From Promethearchaeota archaeon (GTDB lineage: Archaea > Asgardarchaeota > Lokiarchaeia > Sigyniarchaeales > SOKP01), in contig JBHLOY010000010.1 of assembly GCA_048939995.1 (NCBI GenBank), forward strand, positions 81,887-145,886: a stretch of DNA of 64,000 nt, in the 5' to 3' direction. A program made the position numbers and the translations under genes. Position 1 is the stretch's first letter; every line of letters begins with the position of its first letter. This document shows positions 18,321-27,666 of the stretch, piece by piece. Under the pieces are notes generated by a model. It searched no databases, was not told the origin of the DNA, and worked only from the letters and a program-made list of their open reading frames with translations.

Positions 18321-19103
18321 TTGATTAATATGAAGAAAGATGAAGAAGTAAGACGGCTAATTATTAATTTAATGAATTCCTGGCCCTCCAAAGACTATTT
18401 TTTTCATAAAGGATGGATTTTACGTTTTGATAATGGAGTAACCTACCGAGCTAATTCAGTATTACCTCTTGATTATTATGGTAGTAGAAGAACGTTTAAT
18501 AGAGATCTAGATCTTGTAGAAAAAGCTTATCAAATGTATAATCTACCTCCAATATTCACTATGCATGATTTTTATAAGCCTAGTTATCTTTGCAAAGAAT
18601 TACTTGACAAAAATTATCGAGAAGTAGCCTATACAGTTGCTTTAGGTGGTAGAATGATTAATATTACTCATAAAGATGTTAATGAAAATTATGAATATTC
18701 ATTTCAGAATAAGAGAAATGGTGATTTTTCATATTTCCTTTCAAATCATTCATCTAGATCTGAAGAACAACAGAAAATCATAAATCGGATTACTCAAAGG
18801 ATTAAAATTCTTAATAAATGTTTTATAGTTGTAAAATTTCAAGACTTAATAATTGGAACATTAATGGGTGTTCTTGATTTAAATGGTTATTTATATCTGG
18901 CTGACATTTTTGTTGATCCAAATTATCGCAGACAAGGTATTGCAAAATCAATGATTTATAAGATTATTTATGAATGGGCAAATCCTATACGCATAAATAT
19001 GGTTTGGTTACAAGTTGAAATCGAAAATAAGCATGCTATTGACTTATATGAAAATATTGGGTTAAAAGAATTATATAGTTATTATTATCTAACAAATTCT
19101 TAA
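18321..19103 (+). CDS. GNAT acetyltransferase
   Basis: YRANS; VDPNYRRQGIA motif A; NKHAIDLYENIG. Confidence 0.88.
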   Translation: MINMKKDEEVRRLIINLMNSWPSKDYFFHKGWILRFDNGVTYRANSVLPLDYYGSRRTFNRDLDLVEKAYQMYNLPPIFTMHDFYKPSYLCKELLDKNYREVAYTVALGGRMINITHKDVNENYEYSFQNKRNGDFSYFLSNHSSRSEEQQKIINRITQRIKILNKCFIVVKFQDLIIGTLMGVLDLNGYLYLADIFVDPNYRRQGIAKSMIYKIIYEWANPIRINMVWLQVEIENKHAIDLYENIGLKELYSYYYLTNS

Positions 19104-19168
19104 ATTGAATCATTTTAATATTGTAAAATTATTTTATAGAAAATTTTTATAGTTTCAATCCATTTAAA

Positions 19169-19813
19169 GTGAATATGGAAAAAATAGAATCGATTAACAC
19201 AATTATCTTTGATTTAGGTGGAGTTTATTTTACAAAAGGTACGATGCTTGCATTAGAAAAATTTAATGATATTTACAATATTAGTTATAAGGATCTTTTT
19301 CAGTTTTTTGGAGATATTAAGGGTAGTGAAGGCTATTTAATTAGATTGGGATTAATAACTATGGATGATTTTGAAGAAAGATTTTTTTCTAAATTTAAAA
19401 TAGAAGAGAAGAATAAAAAAATAATTAGATATATTTGGTTTGGATCCTATGTGCCTTATTATGGGATGAAAGAAATTATCCAACAATTAAAAGCAGAAGG
19501 TTATAATTTAGTGATTTTTAGTGGAAATATTCGAGAACGAGTTGAATTTTTGGATCAAAGATATAACTTCTTAAAATATTTTGACAAAGCAGTATTTTCA
19601 TATGATTTAAAAAAAAATAAAAGCAATCCAGCTTTTTATAAAGAATTAGCTAACCAGGTTGGGTGTAAACCCCAAGAATCAATCTTTATTGATGATGAAC
19701 ATAAAAATATTGAAATGGCTAAGACTTTTGGATTTAATTGTTTGCCTTTTTATTATACTGAACAATTATTAGAATATTTAAATAAATTTGGAATTGATAT
19801 TAGATTAAAATAA
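19169..19813 (+). CDS. HAD-family phosphatase
   Basis: FDLGGV motif I, FIDD motif IV. Confidence 0.9.
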   Translation: MNMEKIESINTIIFDLGGVYFTKGTMLALEKFNDIYNISYKDLFQFFGDIKGSEGYLIRLGLITMDDFEERFFSKFKIEEKNKKIIRYIWFGSYVPYYGMKEIIQQLKAEGYNLVIFSGNIRERVEFLDQRYNFLKYFDKAVFSYDLKKNKSNPAFYKELANQVGCKPQESIFIDDEHKNIEMAKTFGFNCLPFYYTEQLLEYLNKFGIDIRLK

Positions 19814-19822
19814 GTTAAAATT

Positions 19823-20059
19823 TCACTTCAAAGATTTAAGATAATCTCTCATTGCTGTCTCAAATTCAATTTTCATTAAGCTTTTAAAAATAGGATTTTT
19901 ATTTTTAAATGGAATATTTTCATTTCCAGAATAAATATATCTTGTAATAGGATTCCTTATTATTTTAGAATAAGGTATAACAAACTCGGAAATACTACTA
20001 CTCACATTTGAATTATTATTTTCAATTATTTTGGAAGTTTCTGATTTTTGATAACTCAT
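19823..20059 (-). CDS. Small hypothetical protein
   Basis: 78-aa ORF 9 nt downstream of the RHH gene. Confidence 0.55.
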   Translation of the reverse strand: MSYQKSETSKIIENNNSNVSSSISEFVIPYSKIIRNPITRYIYSGNENIPFKNKNPIFKSLMKIEFETAMRDYLKSLK

Positions 20060-20068
20060 TGAAAATGC

Positions 20069-20530
20069 CTATTCTTTATAAATATAACCTTCTTTAACTT
20101 TTAAGTTAAGTCCAAGAGATTTTAATTTCTTTCCATGAGTATAAAATATTTTTTTAATTGATTTTATTGGAACATCAAAATGATCTGCTAAATCAGTAAT
20201 ACTTACTGATTCAACCATTTCAAAAAATGTTGGTAATTCCTCGATAATATCTTTTTCGATTTGTTTGAGAGTTTTATCATAAGATAAACTGGCAGTCTCT
20301 AGAATTAGTTCCTGAGTAATTTCTTTAAAATCAACACCGTAGTTTTCCTTAAGGATATCTGGATTTGATTCAATCCATTGATGAACAATATTGTTTATTG
20401 ATTTTGATAATGAAATGTTTCGATTCTCTGCCATTTTATTTATAACTTTATAATCGAATTCATCTAATTTGACACTGATCCTTGGAGTTTTTTGTTCTAT
20501 CTCTTCTTGATCTTTATTTTCAGAAGGCAT
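20069..20530 (-). CDS. Ribbon-helix-helix plus C-terminal HTH DNA-binding protein (ATG 20530 preferred over 20614)
   Basis: RISVKL..DYKVINKMAENRNISLSKSINNIV (RHH); SITDLADHFDVPIKSIKK (HTH); TATA TTTATAAA at 20576-20583 lies within the longer ORF call. Confidence 0.65.
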   Translation of the reverse strand: MPSENKDQEEIEQKTPRISVKLDEFDYKVINKMAENRNISLSKSINNIVHQWIESNPDILKENYGVDFKEITQELILETASLSYDKTLKQIEKDIIEELPTFFEMVESVSITDLADHFDVPIKSIKKIFYTHGKKLKSLGLNLKVKEGYIYKE

Positions 20531-20606
20531 TTTAAACCGACAAAATTTTTCTTGATCAGATAATACACAAATCTGTTTATAAATCTTTGCTTTTTTTATA
20601 CTAAAG

Positions 20607-20624
20607 TGCATCACAAGTGATGCA
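20607..20624. promoter_or_regulatory. Perfect palindrome TGCATCAC-AA-GTGATGCA, candidate operator
   Basis: 8-2-8 inverted repeat in a divergent promoter region. Confidence 0.6.
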
Positions 20625-20709
20625 ACAATTTAAATATGAGGATGTTGATCTATATAATATCAAAATATCACTAGCATATTGCTTATAAATTTGTGTAAGA
20701 TAAAATAGT

Positions 20710-21360
20710 GTGTGTAAAATGTTAGAACTTTATTCCCCCCAACTTGAAATTTTAAACACTCGAGAACGAATAACGGTTGATTTAATAAAAGATGGGCAGG
20801 ATTATCTAAAAAAATTTGAAATCAATGAAGATTTCTTATTAGATACAATCTCTCTTGTATATAGATATTTACGAATTAATAGGAGGATTCCACATAATCT
20901 TTATAAATTTTTTATCGCCGCATACTACATAATTTCTCGGCACCCTTTTGCTTTTCCAATGCATGAACCGAAAAAAAAATTTTGTAAGAGATTTAATATC
21001 CAGGAGAGTTCATTAGAGTATTGCATAAATAAAATTACGAGTACTTTAGATTATATACGGATATTAGATGACATGAATTTTCCATATTATATTGATCCAA
21101 AACGTGATATGAGTTTAGGGATCATAAAAAAGATGATTAAAGATAAGGTTGATAAAAATATGATGAAATTTTTACTTTATCATCAACCAATCAATTCACA
21201 AATTTTAACAGAAGAATTAGTATGTGAAGTAATTTTTGAGCAAAAAGCTTTTCCTGAAGAATTATTTCGTCAATTATATGAGATAATAATAATATTTGTA
21301 GAGAAAGAATTTTTAGAATACAATGAATATGTGAAATTGCAGCAACAATATTTTATTTAA
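20710..21360 (+). CDS. Cyclin/TFIIB-repeat-like helical protein
   Basis: FIAAYYIISR...KFCKRFNIQESSL resembles cyclin-fold helices 3-5. Confidence 0.45.
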   Translation: MCKMLELYSPQLEILNTRERITVDLIKDGQDYLKKFEINEDFLLDTISLVYRYLRINRRIPHNLYKFFIAAYYIISRHPFAFPMHEPKKKFCKRFNIQESSLEYCINKITSTLDYIRILDDMNFPYYIDPKRDMSLGIIKKMIKDKVDKNMMKFLLYHQPINSQILTEELVCEVIFEQKAFPEELFRQLYEIIIIFVEKEFLEYNEYVKLQQQYFI

Positions 21361-21365
21361 AGGTA

Positions 21366-22364
21366 TTAATAGCCGAATCTAATTAGTTGTAATGTAATCA
21401 GAAAATTCTGGTTTGAAAAGAGTCGATGCTTTATCTTAACCGGATCAGCATATTCAGCTTCTTTAAATAAATAACTTCTAAAGAAATCTTCATTCCATTC
21501 ATTTATTGCCAATGCGATATTCAGGAATTGTTTTTGAAAGTTAGTTGGACCTGAAAACTCTCGGAAATGTAGAAATGGATTCAGTTCAATGCTTGCCTTT
21601 CCTTTCCTGGGGAGCCAGCGCACCTCCGAGATTTTAGTGTGGACAAATTTACCATCTCTATTAAATTTTGAGCAAAGACGATTTGATGTTAAATAAATCC
21701 CTACTAAATTTGGATCATATCCTCGTTTCTTTCTTAAGCGATAATGAAAATCGAATAGTATTGATAGATTTGGTTTGAGTTTTACAATGAATTTGTCGTT
21801 AAGAAAAATCCAGCTAATTGGTAATGCAATGCTAATTATTAGATATAGGACAATGAAACTTTGAATGAAACCACTAAACTGACTGCCATCAAATTGAATG
21901 ACTCCAAAATCAATATAAAGCAATAAAGCAATCGCGCCTGTATTCAACATTATAAATAATAGACTGCTAGTAAAACGTTTTTTAACTTCAAATCCGACAT
22001 TTTTCACTTCTTTTTTAAGGAAACATATTAAAGAAGGAGTGAACTTCAAACGGATTAACTTAATCAGATAAATAATTACAAATAAAGATATACTGAAGAA
22101 AGCCCAGCCGACCGTTAAGTTAAATGAGTAATTTCTAATTGTAGAAACATAAACTTCGTTATTTAAAATTATATTTGGTTGAAAATAGAGGATTAAGTAA
22201 ATGAGATAAATACCTAATATTAACACGATACTTATAAATGCTTTAATTGCTTTTCGGTAATACTCTGCTTTAATTATCTTTAATGAATCTACAATACGAT
22301 TCTCATCCTCAAAATCAATATCTACATAAGTTTTTTCATTTTTACTAATCATATACCCGTCCAC
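21366..22364 (-). CDS. 4-TM membrane protein with soluble C-terminal domain
   Basis: Hydrophobic segments in the ORF translation. Confidence 0.7.
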   Translation of the reverse strand: MDGYMISKNEKTYVDIDFEDENRIVDSLKIIKAEYYRKAIKAFISIVLILGIYLIYLILYFQPNIILNNEVYVSTIRNYSFNLTVGWAFFSISLFVIIYLIKLIRLKFTPSLICFLKKEVKNVGFEVKKRFTSSLLFIMLNTGAIALLLYIDFGVIQFDGSQFSGFIQSFIVLYLIISIALPISWIFLNDKFIVKLKPNLSILFDFHYRLRKKRGYDPNLVGIYLTSNRLCSKFNRDGKFVHTKISEVRWLPRKGKASIELNPFLHFREFSGPTNFQKQFLNIALAINEWNEDFFRSYLFKEAEYADPVKIKHRLFSNQNFLITLQLIRFGY

Positions 22365-22813
22365 CTCCTAGTTTTTTCACTTTCTTCTTGTGGGGTTAAC
22401 CAATATTTCTGTATAATTTCTCTAAATATTGTTAAATCTGGATTATCCTTCTCATTTAGAGATACAATATGGAATTTTTCTGTTTTTTTCTCAATATTGA
22501 TATAGTTTTCTTTTTCTAGATATTCAAAAGCATGGAATAATTTCTCCAAACGATCAATATTCAAGCTATGCATAATGTCTGTTTTATTGATAACGGTATT
22601 CTCTTTCTGAAGTTTTGCTAAACTCATTAGTACTTGTCCCCCCCTAAGGGAAGCAATGTTAGTCAATTTGTCAAAAATTCTTGATATCACCTTCAATAAA
22701 TTGTCAAAATCATTATAGAAGTCAATTTTTCCTTCTCCTTTCAATTCTAACTTATCATTTATATTAGCTAAGCGGTATTTATTAACAAATTCTTGATATG
22801 AAAGTGTCATCAT
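22349..22813 (-). CDS. Winged-helix-like protein
   Basis: KTDIMHSLNI..LFHAFEYLEKENYI pattern. Confidence 0.55.
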   Translation of the reverse strand: MMTLSYQEFVNKYRLANINDKLELKGEGKIDFYNDFDNLLKVISRIFDKLTNIASLRGGQVLMSLAKLQKENTVINKTDIMHSLNIDRLEKLFHAFEYLEKENYINIEKKTEKFHIVSLNEKDNPDLTIFREIIQKYWLTPQEESEKTRRWTGI

Positions 22814-23006
22814 ATAATGTATGTCTTACCTCTTATAAAAAAATACCATTTTATTAAACTTAATTACTGAAAGGGATACTTTTAATACTATACTACGGGA
22901 TTATTGTAATACTTTTCCGAGTATTATTTTCAATAATAGGATTTAGGTTCTTTTTTCAACTAATAGAAAGAAAATTAAAAAAAAAAAAAATTAGTTATTT
23001 TATATT

Positions 23007-24701
23007 CTATGCTCTATATGTAGGATAAAATCTTAAAGCTCCATAGGCATTATACCATAATCCTTGAATGTCTGCCGAGTGAACTGTTGTTACTTTTCCG
23101 TGATAGCCAAAGCAATGAGGATATAATCGATTGGCTAAATACCATTGAATATTTTTATAGATATTGTTTCTAGCAGTATCGTCTGTAGTGGCTAAGGCAG
23201 TCGCCATCATATTATTTAACTTTGTATCATCAACTTGAGCAGAGTTAGCATATGATCCAGGATTAAATAATGGATCAAGCATGTTAAATGGATCCTTATA
23301 ATCTGGACCCCATCCGATCCAAAATAGGCCTAATTCATCGTAATCGCCAAATAGCTTTCTGAGATAAGCACTCCAGGTTACGCCATCGTCAACCACACTT
23401 ATACCTATAGCTGGAAGCCAATTATACAGAGCATCAAACAAATCTTCTCTCATAGAGTTTCCCACATTATAAGTATAGTTAACAGTAAACAAAGTTGCTC
23501 CTTGCCATGTAGCATCAAGAGGGTCATTATTTACTGGAAACCCAGAAGCTGCAGGGACAGTGTCAACAATAGTTTGCCGAGCAGTTATCAAGTCGTAATC
23601 TGCTGCAACATTGGAAGAATTATATGGCGCTCCATAGCCAGGAGAGACAGGTCCATTTGCTCTAACTGCTAAACCAGCCATTATTTCTTCAATAATGTAG
23701 GTATAGTTAATAGCATAGGAGATTGCTTTTCTCCAGTTAAGGGGAATATCCAAGGTATTCATACCAAGATACTGGTATCCTAAACCAGGAATGCCAGTAT
23801 CATCAGTAAAGTGCTTGGCTGTAATGCTTGGTTCTGCATCATAGGTTGTAATTAATGAAGGGATAATACCTTGTATCCAGTCGATTTCATGCCCTAACAT
23901 AGCGTTGTTTCGCGTGGTAGGATCATTAATGAATACCATAACTACTTGTTCCCAGAAAGGTGCTCCTCTCCAATAGTATTCAAAACCCCCAAGTCTCACT
24001 TCGACGTTTGGAACATAGTATTCGTAAACAAAGGGACCAGTTCCAATAAGTCTTCCATAAGTGAGTGAGATAAAGTCATCCTCTGGAGTTGAAGTTGGAG
24101 ATAACATAGCACCTGCAACATAGCATAATAAGTCTATAAAAGGAGCATAAGGAGCATTTAGAGTAATTGTAACATTATAAGCCCCATCGGAAACGACATT
24201 ATTTATGATAGGAGTTACTCCATCCGGGAAGAAGTATAATGAGGATGGATCTCCAGGAACCATTGTATCGGGAAGTGTTCCAGTACAATTGCTTAAATAC
24301 AACAGTCTGTCTAAGTTCCATTTAGTTGCATTGGCATCAAAAGGAGTTAAATCGTGAAATACGATACCTTGTCTAACTTGTATGTGAAGGATTGTATCAG
24401 ATTCCCACCAATAACTTTGAGCAAGGAGGTTATATCGAGGTAGAGCATAATCAGACCAATTATAAGTAAAAAGGGTTTCAACTACTTGTTCAAGTACGTT
24501 ATTAGAAGCCTGATCCCATGAGTTTGCAGGATCAAGGACGTGAGGCGGTGATGCGCTACCGAATACAAGGCTTACATTTGGTGGCGCAACGAATTGAGCA
24601 CCTTGAAGTCCAAGTATAATGTTACCTACTCCCGATGCCGCTAAGGCAATAGCGAGTACGATAATGGCTACATTTTTTTTTTCCATTTCCATTTTTTTCA
24701 C
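23007..24701 (-). CDS. ABC transporter substrate-binding protein, family 5 (OppA/DppA-like), paralog 1
   Basis: LDPA, VFHD.TPFDA, IGTGPF, RKAISYAIN; N-terminal membrane anchor. Confidence 0.92.
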   Translation of the reverse strand: MKKMEMEKKNVAIIVLAIALAASGVGNIILGLQGAQFVAPPNVSLVFGSASPPHVLDPANSWDQASNNVLEQVVETLFTYNWSDYALPRYNLLAQSYWWESDTILHIQVRQGIVFHDLTPFDANATKWNLDRLLYLSNCTGTLPDTMVPGDPSSLYFFPDGVTPIINNVVSDGAYNVTITLNAPYAPFIDLLCYVAGAMLSPTSTPEDDFISLTYGRLIGTGPFVYEYYVPNVEVRLGGFEYYWRGAPFWEQVVMVFINDPTTRNNAMLGHEIDWIQGIIPSLITTYDAEPSITAKHFTDDTGIPGLGYQYLGMNTLDIPLNWRKAISYAINYTYIIEEIMAGLAVRANGPVSPGYGAPYNSSNVAADYDLITARQTIVDTVPAASGFPVNNDPLDATWQGATLFTVNYTYNVGNSMREDLFDALYNWLPAIGISVVDDGVTWSAYLRKLFGDYDELGLFWIGWGPDYKDPFNMLDPLFNPGSYANSAQVDDTKLNNMMATALATTDDTARNNIYKNIQWYLANRLYPHCFGYHGKVTTVHSADIQGLWYNAYGALRFYPTYRA

Positions 24702-24795
24702 TTAACTTTGAATTGATTTTTTTAATAGATAAGTACTTAAATTACTAACTAAATTTGTAAACTTATAAGTCTTGCTCTTCAAATACGGCACTGAA

Positions 24796-24810
24796 TACAT
24801 ACTTTATGTA
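24796..24810. promoter_or_regulatory. TACATA-N3-TATGTA operator-like palindrome, copy 1
   Basis: About 27 bp upstream of TATA CTTATAAG (24762-24769). Confidence 0.65.
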
Positions 24811-24887
24811 ATACAACTCATATAATATGTAAATGACTCCAGTTAGTGACCATCTCCTTTTAAATACTATTTTATTTATAATTAATT

Positions 24888-25012
24888 GAAGAAAAAAGCG
24901 ACATTTTTCTTTCCGTAGGATTTAAATAGAGAGCTTAGACCAAAGAAAAATTAACCGCACTATTTAAATCCTATTTTATCTTAAACCTTATCGGATGTCT
25001 TTATAAATTTTC
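24888..25012 (-). ncRNA. Candidate structured leader/sRNA with its own BRE-TATA promoter, copy 1
   Basis: GAAAATTTATAAAG promoter (24999-25012, minus); 14-bp stem 24916-24929/24960-24973; second hairpin 24888-24912. Confidence 0.4.
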
Positions 25013-25159
25013 ATATACGAAAATGATTAGTTTCACAATTATAATTAAGAGGATCAAAATTCGAAATTTAAAGTAAATTTTTCCTCGCAGAAAAAGCTGA
25101 TTTCAAATAGTTTCTTAACGAATATAATATAAAAAAAAAAAAAGTTAATTATTTTGAAT

Positions 25160-26854
25160 CTATACCCTGTAAGTAGGATAGAATCTTAGATTACCCTGAG
25201 CATTATACCATAACCCTTGAATATCTGCTGAGTGAACCGTAACAATTTTTCCGTGGTATCCAAAGCAGTGAGGATATAATCGATTGGCTAAATACCATTG
25301 AATATTTTTATAAATAACACTTCTTGCTGTATCATCTGTAGTGGCTAGGGCAGTTGACATCATAGAGTTTAACTTTGCATCATTAACTTGAGCAGAGTTA
25401 GCATATGATGCTGGATTGAATAATGGATCAAGCATATTATATGGATCTAGATAATCTGGACCCCATCCGATCCAATATAGCCCTAATTCATCGTAATCGC
25501 CAAATAGCTTTCTGAGAAAAGCGGCCCAGGTTACGCCATCGTCTACCACACTTATACCTATAGCTGGAAGCCAATTATACAGAGCATCGAACATATCTTC
25601 TCTCATAGAGTTACCGATATTATATGTATAATTAACAGTAAACAAAGTAGCTCCTTGCCAAGTGGGATCAAGAGGGTCACTATTTACTGGAAACCCAGAA
25701 GCTGCACCGACAGTGTCAACAATAGTTTGTCGAGCAGTTATTAAATCATAATCTGCAGCAACATTAGAAGTATTATATGGAGCCCCGTAACCAGGAGAGA
25801 TAGGTCCATTTGCCCTTACGGCTAATCCTGCCATTATTTCTTCAATGATATATGTATAATTAATAGCATAGGAGATAGCTTTTCTCCAATTAAGGGGAAT
25901 ATCCAAGTTATTCATACCTAAGTATTGGTATCCTAAGCCAGGGATACCATATACGTCAGTAAAATGCATGGCAGTAATAGTTGGATCCGCATTATAGGTT
26001 GAAATTAATGAAGGTATAATTCCTTGAATCCAATCAATTTCATGGCCCAACATAGCGTTGTTTCGGGTGGTAGGATCATTGATAAATACCATAACTACTT
26101 CTTCGAAAAAAGCTGGACTTTGCCAGTAATAATCAAAACGACCAAATCTTACTTCGACGTTTGGAACATAATATTCATAAACAAAAGGACCAGTTCCAAT
26201 AAGTCTTCCGTATGTAAGTGAGATAAAATCATCATCAGGAGTAGATGTGGGAGATAATATAGAGCCAGCAGTATAGCATAATAAGTCTATAAAGGGAGCA
26301 TAAGGAGCATTCAGGGTGATTGTAACATTATAAGCTCCATCAGACACTACGTTATTTATGATAGGAGTTACTCCATCAGGGAAAAAGTATAATGAGGAGG
26401 GATCTCCAGGAACCATTGTATCGGGAAGTGTTCCAGTACAATTGCTTAAATACAATAGTCTGTCTAAGTTCCATTTGGTTGCATTAGCGTCAAAAGGGGT
26501 TAAATCATGAAACACAATACCTTCTCTAACTTTTATGTGAAGGATTGTATCTGATTCCCACCAATAATTTTGAGCAAGAAGGTTTATTCTAGGTAGAGAA
26601 TGATCGGAATAATTGTATGTAAAAAGAGTTTCGACTACTTGTTCAAGTACGTTATTAGACGATTGATCCCATGCGTTTGCAGGATCAAGAGTGGCAGGTG
26701 GTGATGCTTGACTGAATATGAGGCTTACATTTGGTGGTGCAACGAATTGAGCACCTTGAAGGCCAAGTATAATGTTACCGATTCCAGATGCTGCCAAAGC
26801 AATAGCGAGTACAATAATAGCTACATTTTTTTTCTCCATTTCCATGTTTTTCAC
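25160..26854 (-). CDS. ABC transporter substrate-binding protein, family 5, paralog 2
   Basis: Same length (564 aa) and motifs as 23007..24701. Confidence 0.92.
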   Translation of the reverse strand: MKNMEMEKKNVAIIVLAIALAASGIGNIILGLQGAQFVAPPNVSLIFSQASPPATLDPANAWDQSSNNVLEQVVETLFTYNYSDHSLPRINLLAQNYWWESDTILHIKVREGIVFHDLTPFDANATKWNLDRLLYLSNCTGTLPDTMVPGDPSSLYFFPDGVTPIINNVVSDGAYNVTITLNAPYAPFIDLLCYTAGSILSPTSTPDDDFISLTYGRLIGTGPFVYEYYVPNVEVRFGRFDYYWQSPAFFEEVVMVFINDPTTRNNAMLGHEIDWIQGIIPSLISTYNADPTITAMHFTDVYGIPGLGYQYLGMNNLDIPLNWRKAISYAINYTYIIEEIMAGLAVRANGPISPGYGAPYNTSNVAADYDLITARQTIVDTVGAASGFPVNSDPLDPTWQGATLFTVNYTYNIGNSMREDMFDALYNWLPAIGISVVDDGVTWAAFLRKLFGDYDELGLYWIGWGPDYLDPYNMLDPLFNPASYANSAQVNDAKLNSMMSTALATTDDTARSVIYKNIQWYLANRLYPHCFGYHGKIVTVHSADIQGLWYNAQGNLRFYPTYRV

Positions 26855-26951
26855 TTAATTTTCTTGTTTTGTTTTTTTAATAAATATATAGTTAAATTAC
26901 TAGCTGAAAACGTAAACTTATAAGCTTTCCTCAGTAGAGTCTGACAAAGAA

Positions 26952-26966
26952 TACATAGATTATGTA
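26952..26966. promoter_or_regulatory. TACATA-N3-TATGTA palindrome, copy 2
   Basis: About 28 bp upstream of TATA CTTATAAG (26917-26924). Confidence 0.65.
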
Positions 26967-27045
26967 ATTCTATTCATATCGTGTGTAATTGACTCCAAAT
27001 AGTAGACAATGTTCTTTTTAAATACAGTTTTCCTATTAATTAATT

Positions 27046-27183
27046 GAAGAAAAAAAGCGACATTTTTCTTTCCATAGGATTTAGATAGAGAGCACAAAAC
27101 AAATAAAGCGAATGAAGAAAAGTACTTATCCTATTTAAATCCTATTTTTATCCAGATTTTAGGAAGTTTCTTTATAAGTTTTC
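27046..27183 (-). ncRNA. Candidate structured leader/sRNA, copy 2
   Basis: GAAAACTTATAAAG promoter (27170-27183, minus); stem 27074-27088/27131-27145; conserved GAAGAAAAAA..GCGACATTTTTCTTTCC. Confidence 0.4.
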
Positions 27184-27215
27184 CTAAGTCATATCCCTCC
27201 GAGTATGAGGAATAA

Positions 27216-27230
27216 TACATTCATTATGTA
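27216..27230. promoter_or_regulatory. TACAT-N5-ATGTA palindrome, copy 3
   Basis: Lies between the upstream minus-strand promoter and the small HTH gene. Confidence 0.55.
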
Positions 27231-27418
27231 TTCCAACTTAGGATTTATGTATTTGATTCCATTAGACAAACATCTCTTCTTTTATAGTAGCTCTAATAAA
27301 ATATAATCAATAGAAAAACAATGGGAAAACACTCCCGAGTTATGATTAAAGAGAAATATTTTCAACACAATCAAAAAAACCTTTTTAATAGCACTAGTTT
27401 TGATATTTCTCATAAAAT

Positions 27419-27652
27419 GTGGAGGGGATAATAATAAAAACAAAAGCATGTTTTAGAACTTTTGAGGAAATGTGTTTGGAAAAATTAGCTGAAATTGGTA
27501 TAGCTTCCGCCGAAGAATGGGCTTCTGCTATGGGATATGAGTATCGTGCTTCCTTGAATAAAGTTATCAGAAGAATAAAAGAGAAATACCCTCATAAAAT
27601 TAAAATCTATTACGAAAAAAAACCCCGGAAATATGAAGCTTTAATCAAATAA
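27419..27652 (+). CDS. Small winged-HTH protein
   Basis: SAEEWASAMGY..RASLNKVIRRI followed by a beta-wing. Confidence 0.6.
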   Translation: MEGIIIKTKACFRTFEEMCLEKLAEIGIASAEEWASAMGYEYRASLNKVIRRIKEKYPHKIKIYYEKKPRKYEALIK

Positions 27653-27666
27653 TCTAATTTTTTCTT

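Noticed and set aside
19823-20530. Type II toxin-antitoxin pair (RHH plus small ORF)
   Set aside because: The 78-aa ORF shows no PIN, RelE, MazF or HEPN motifs.
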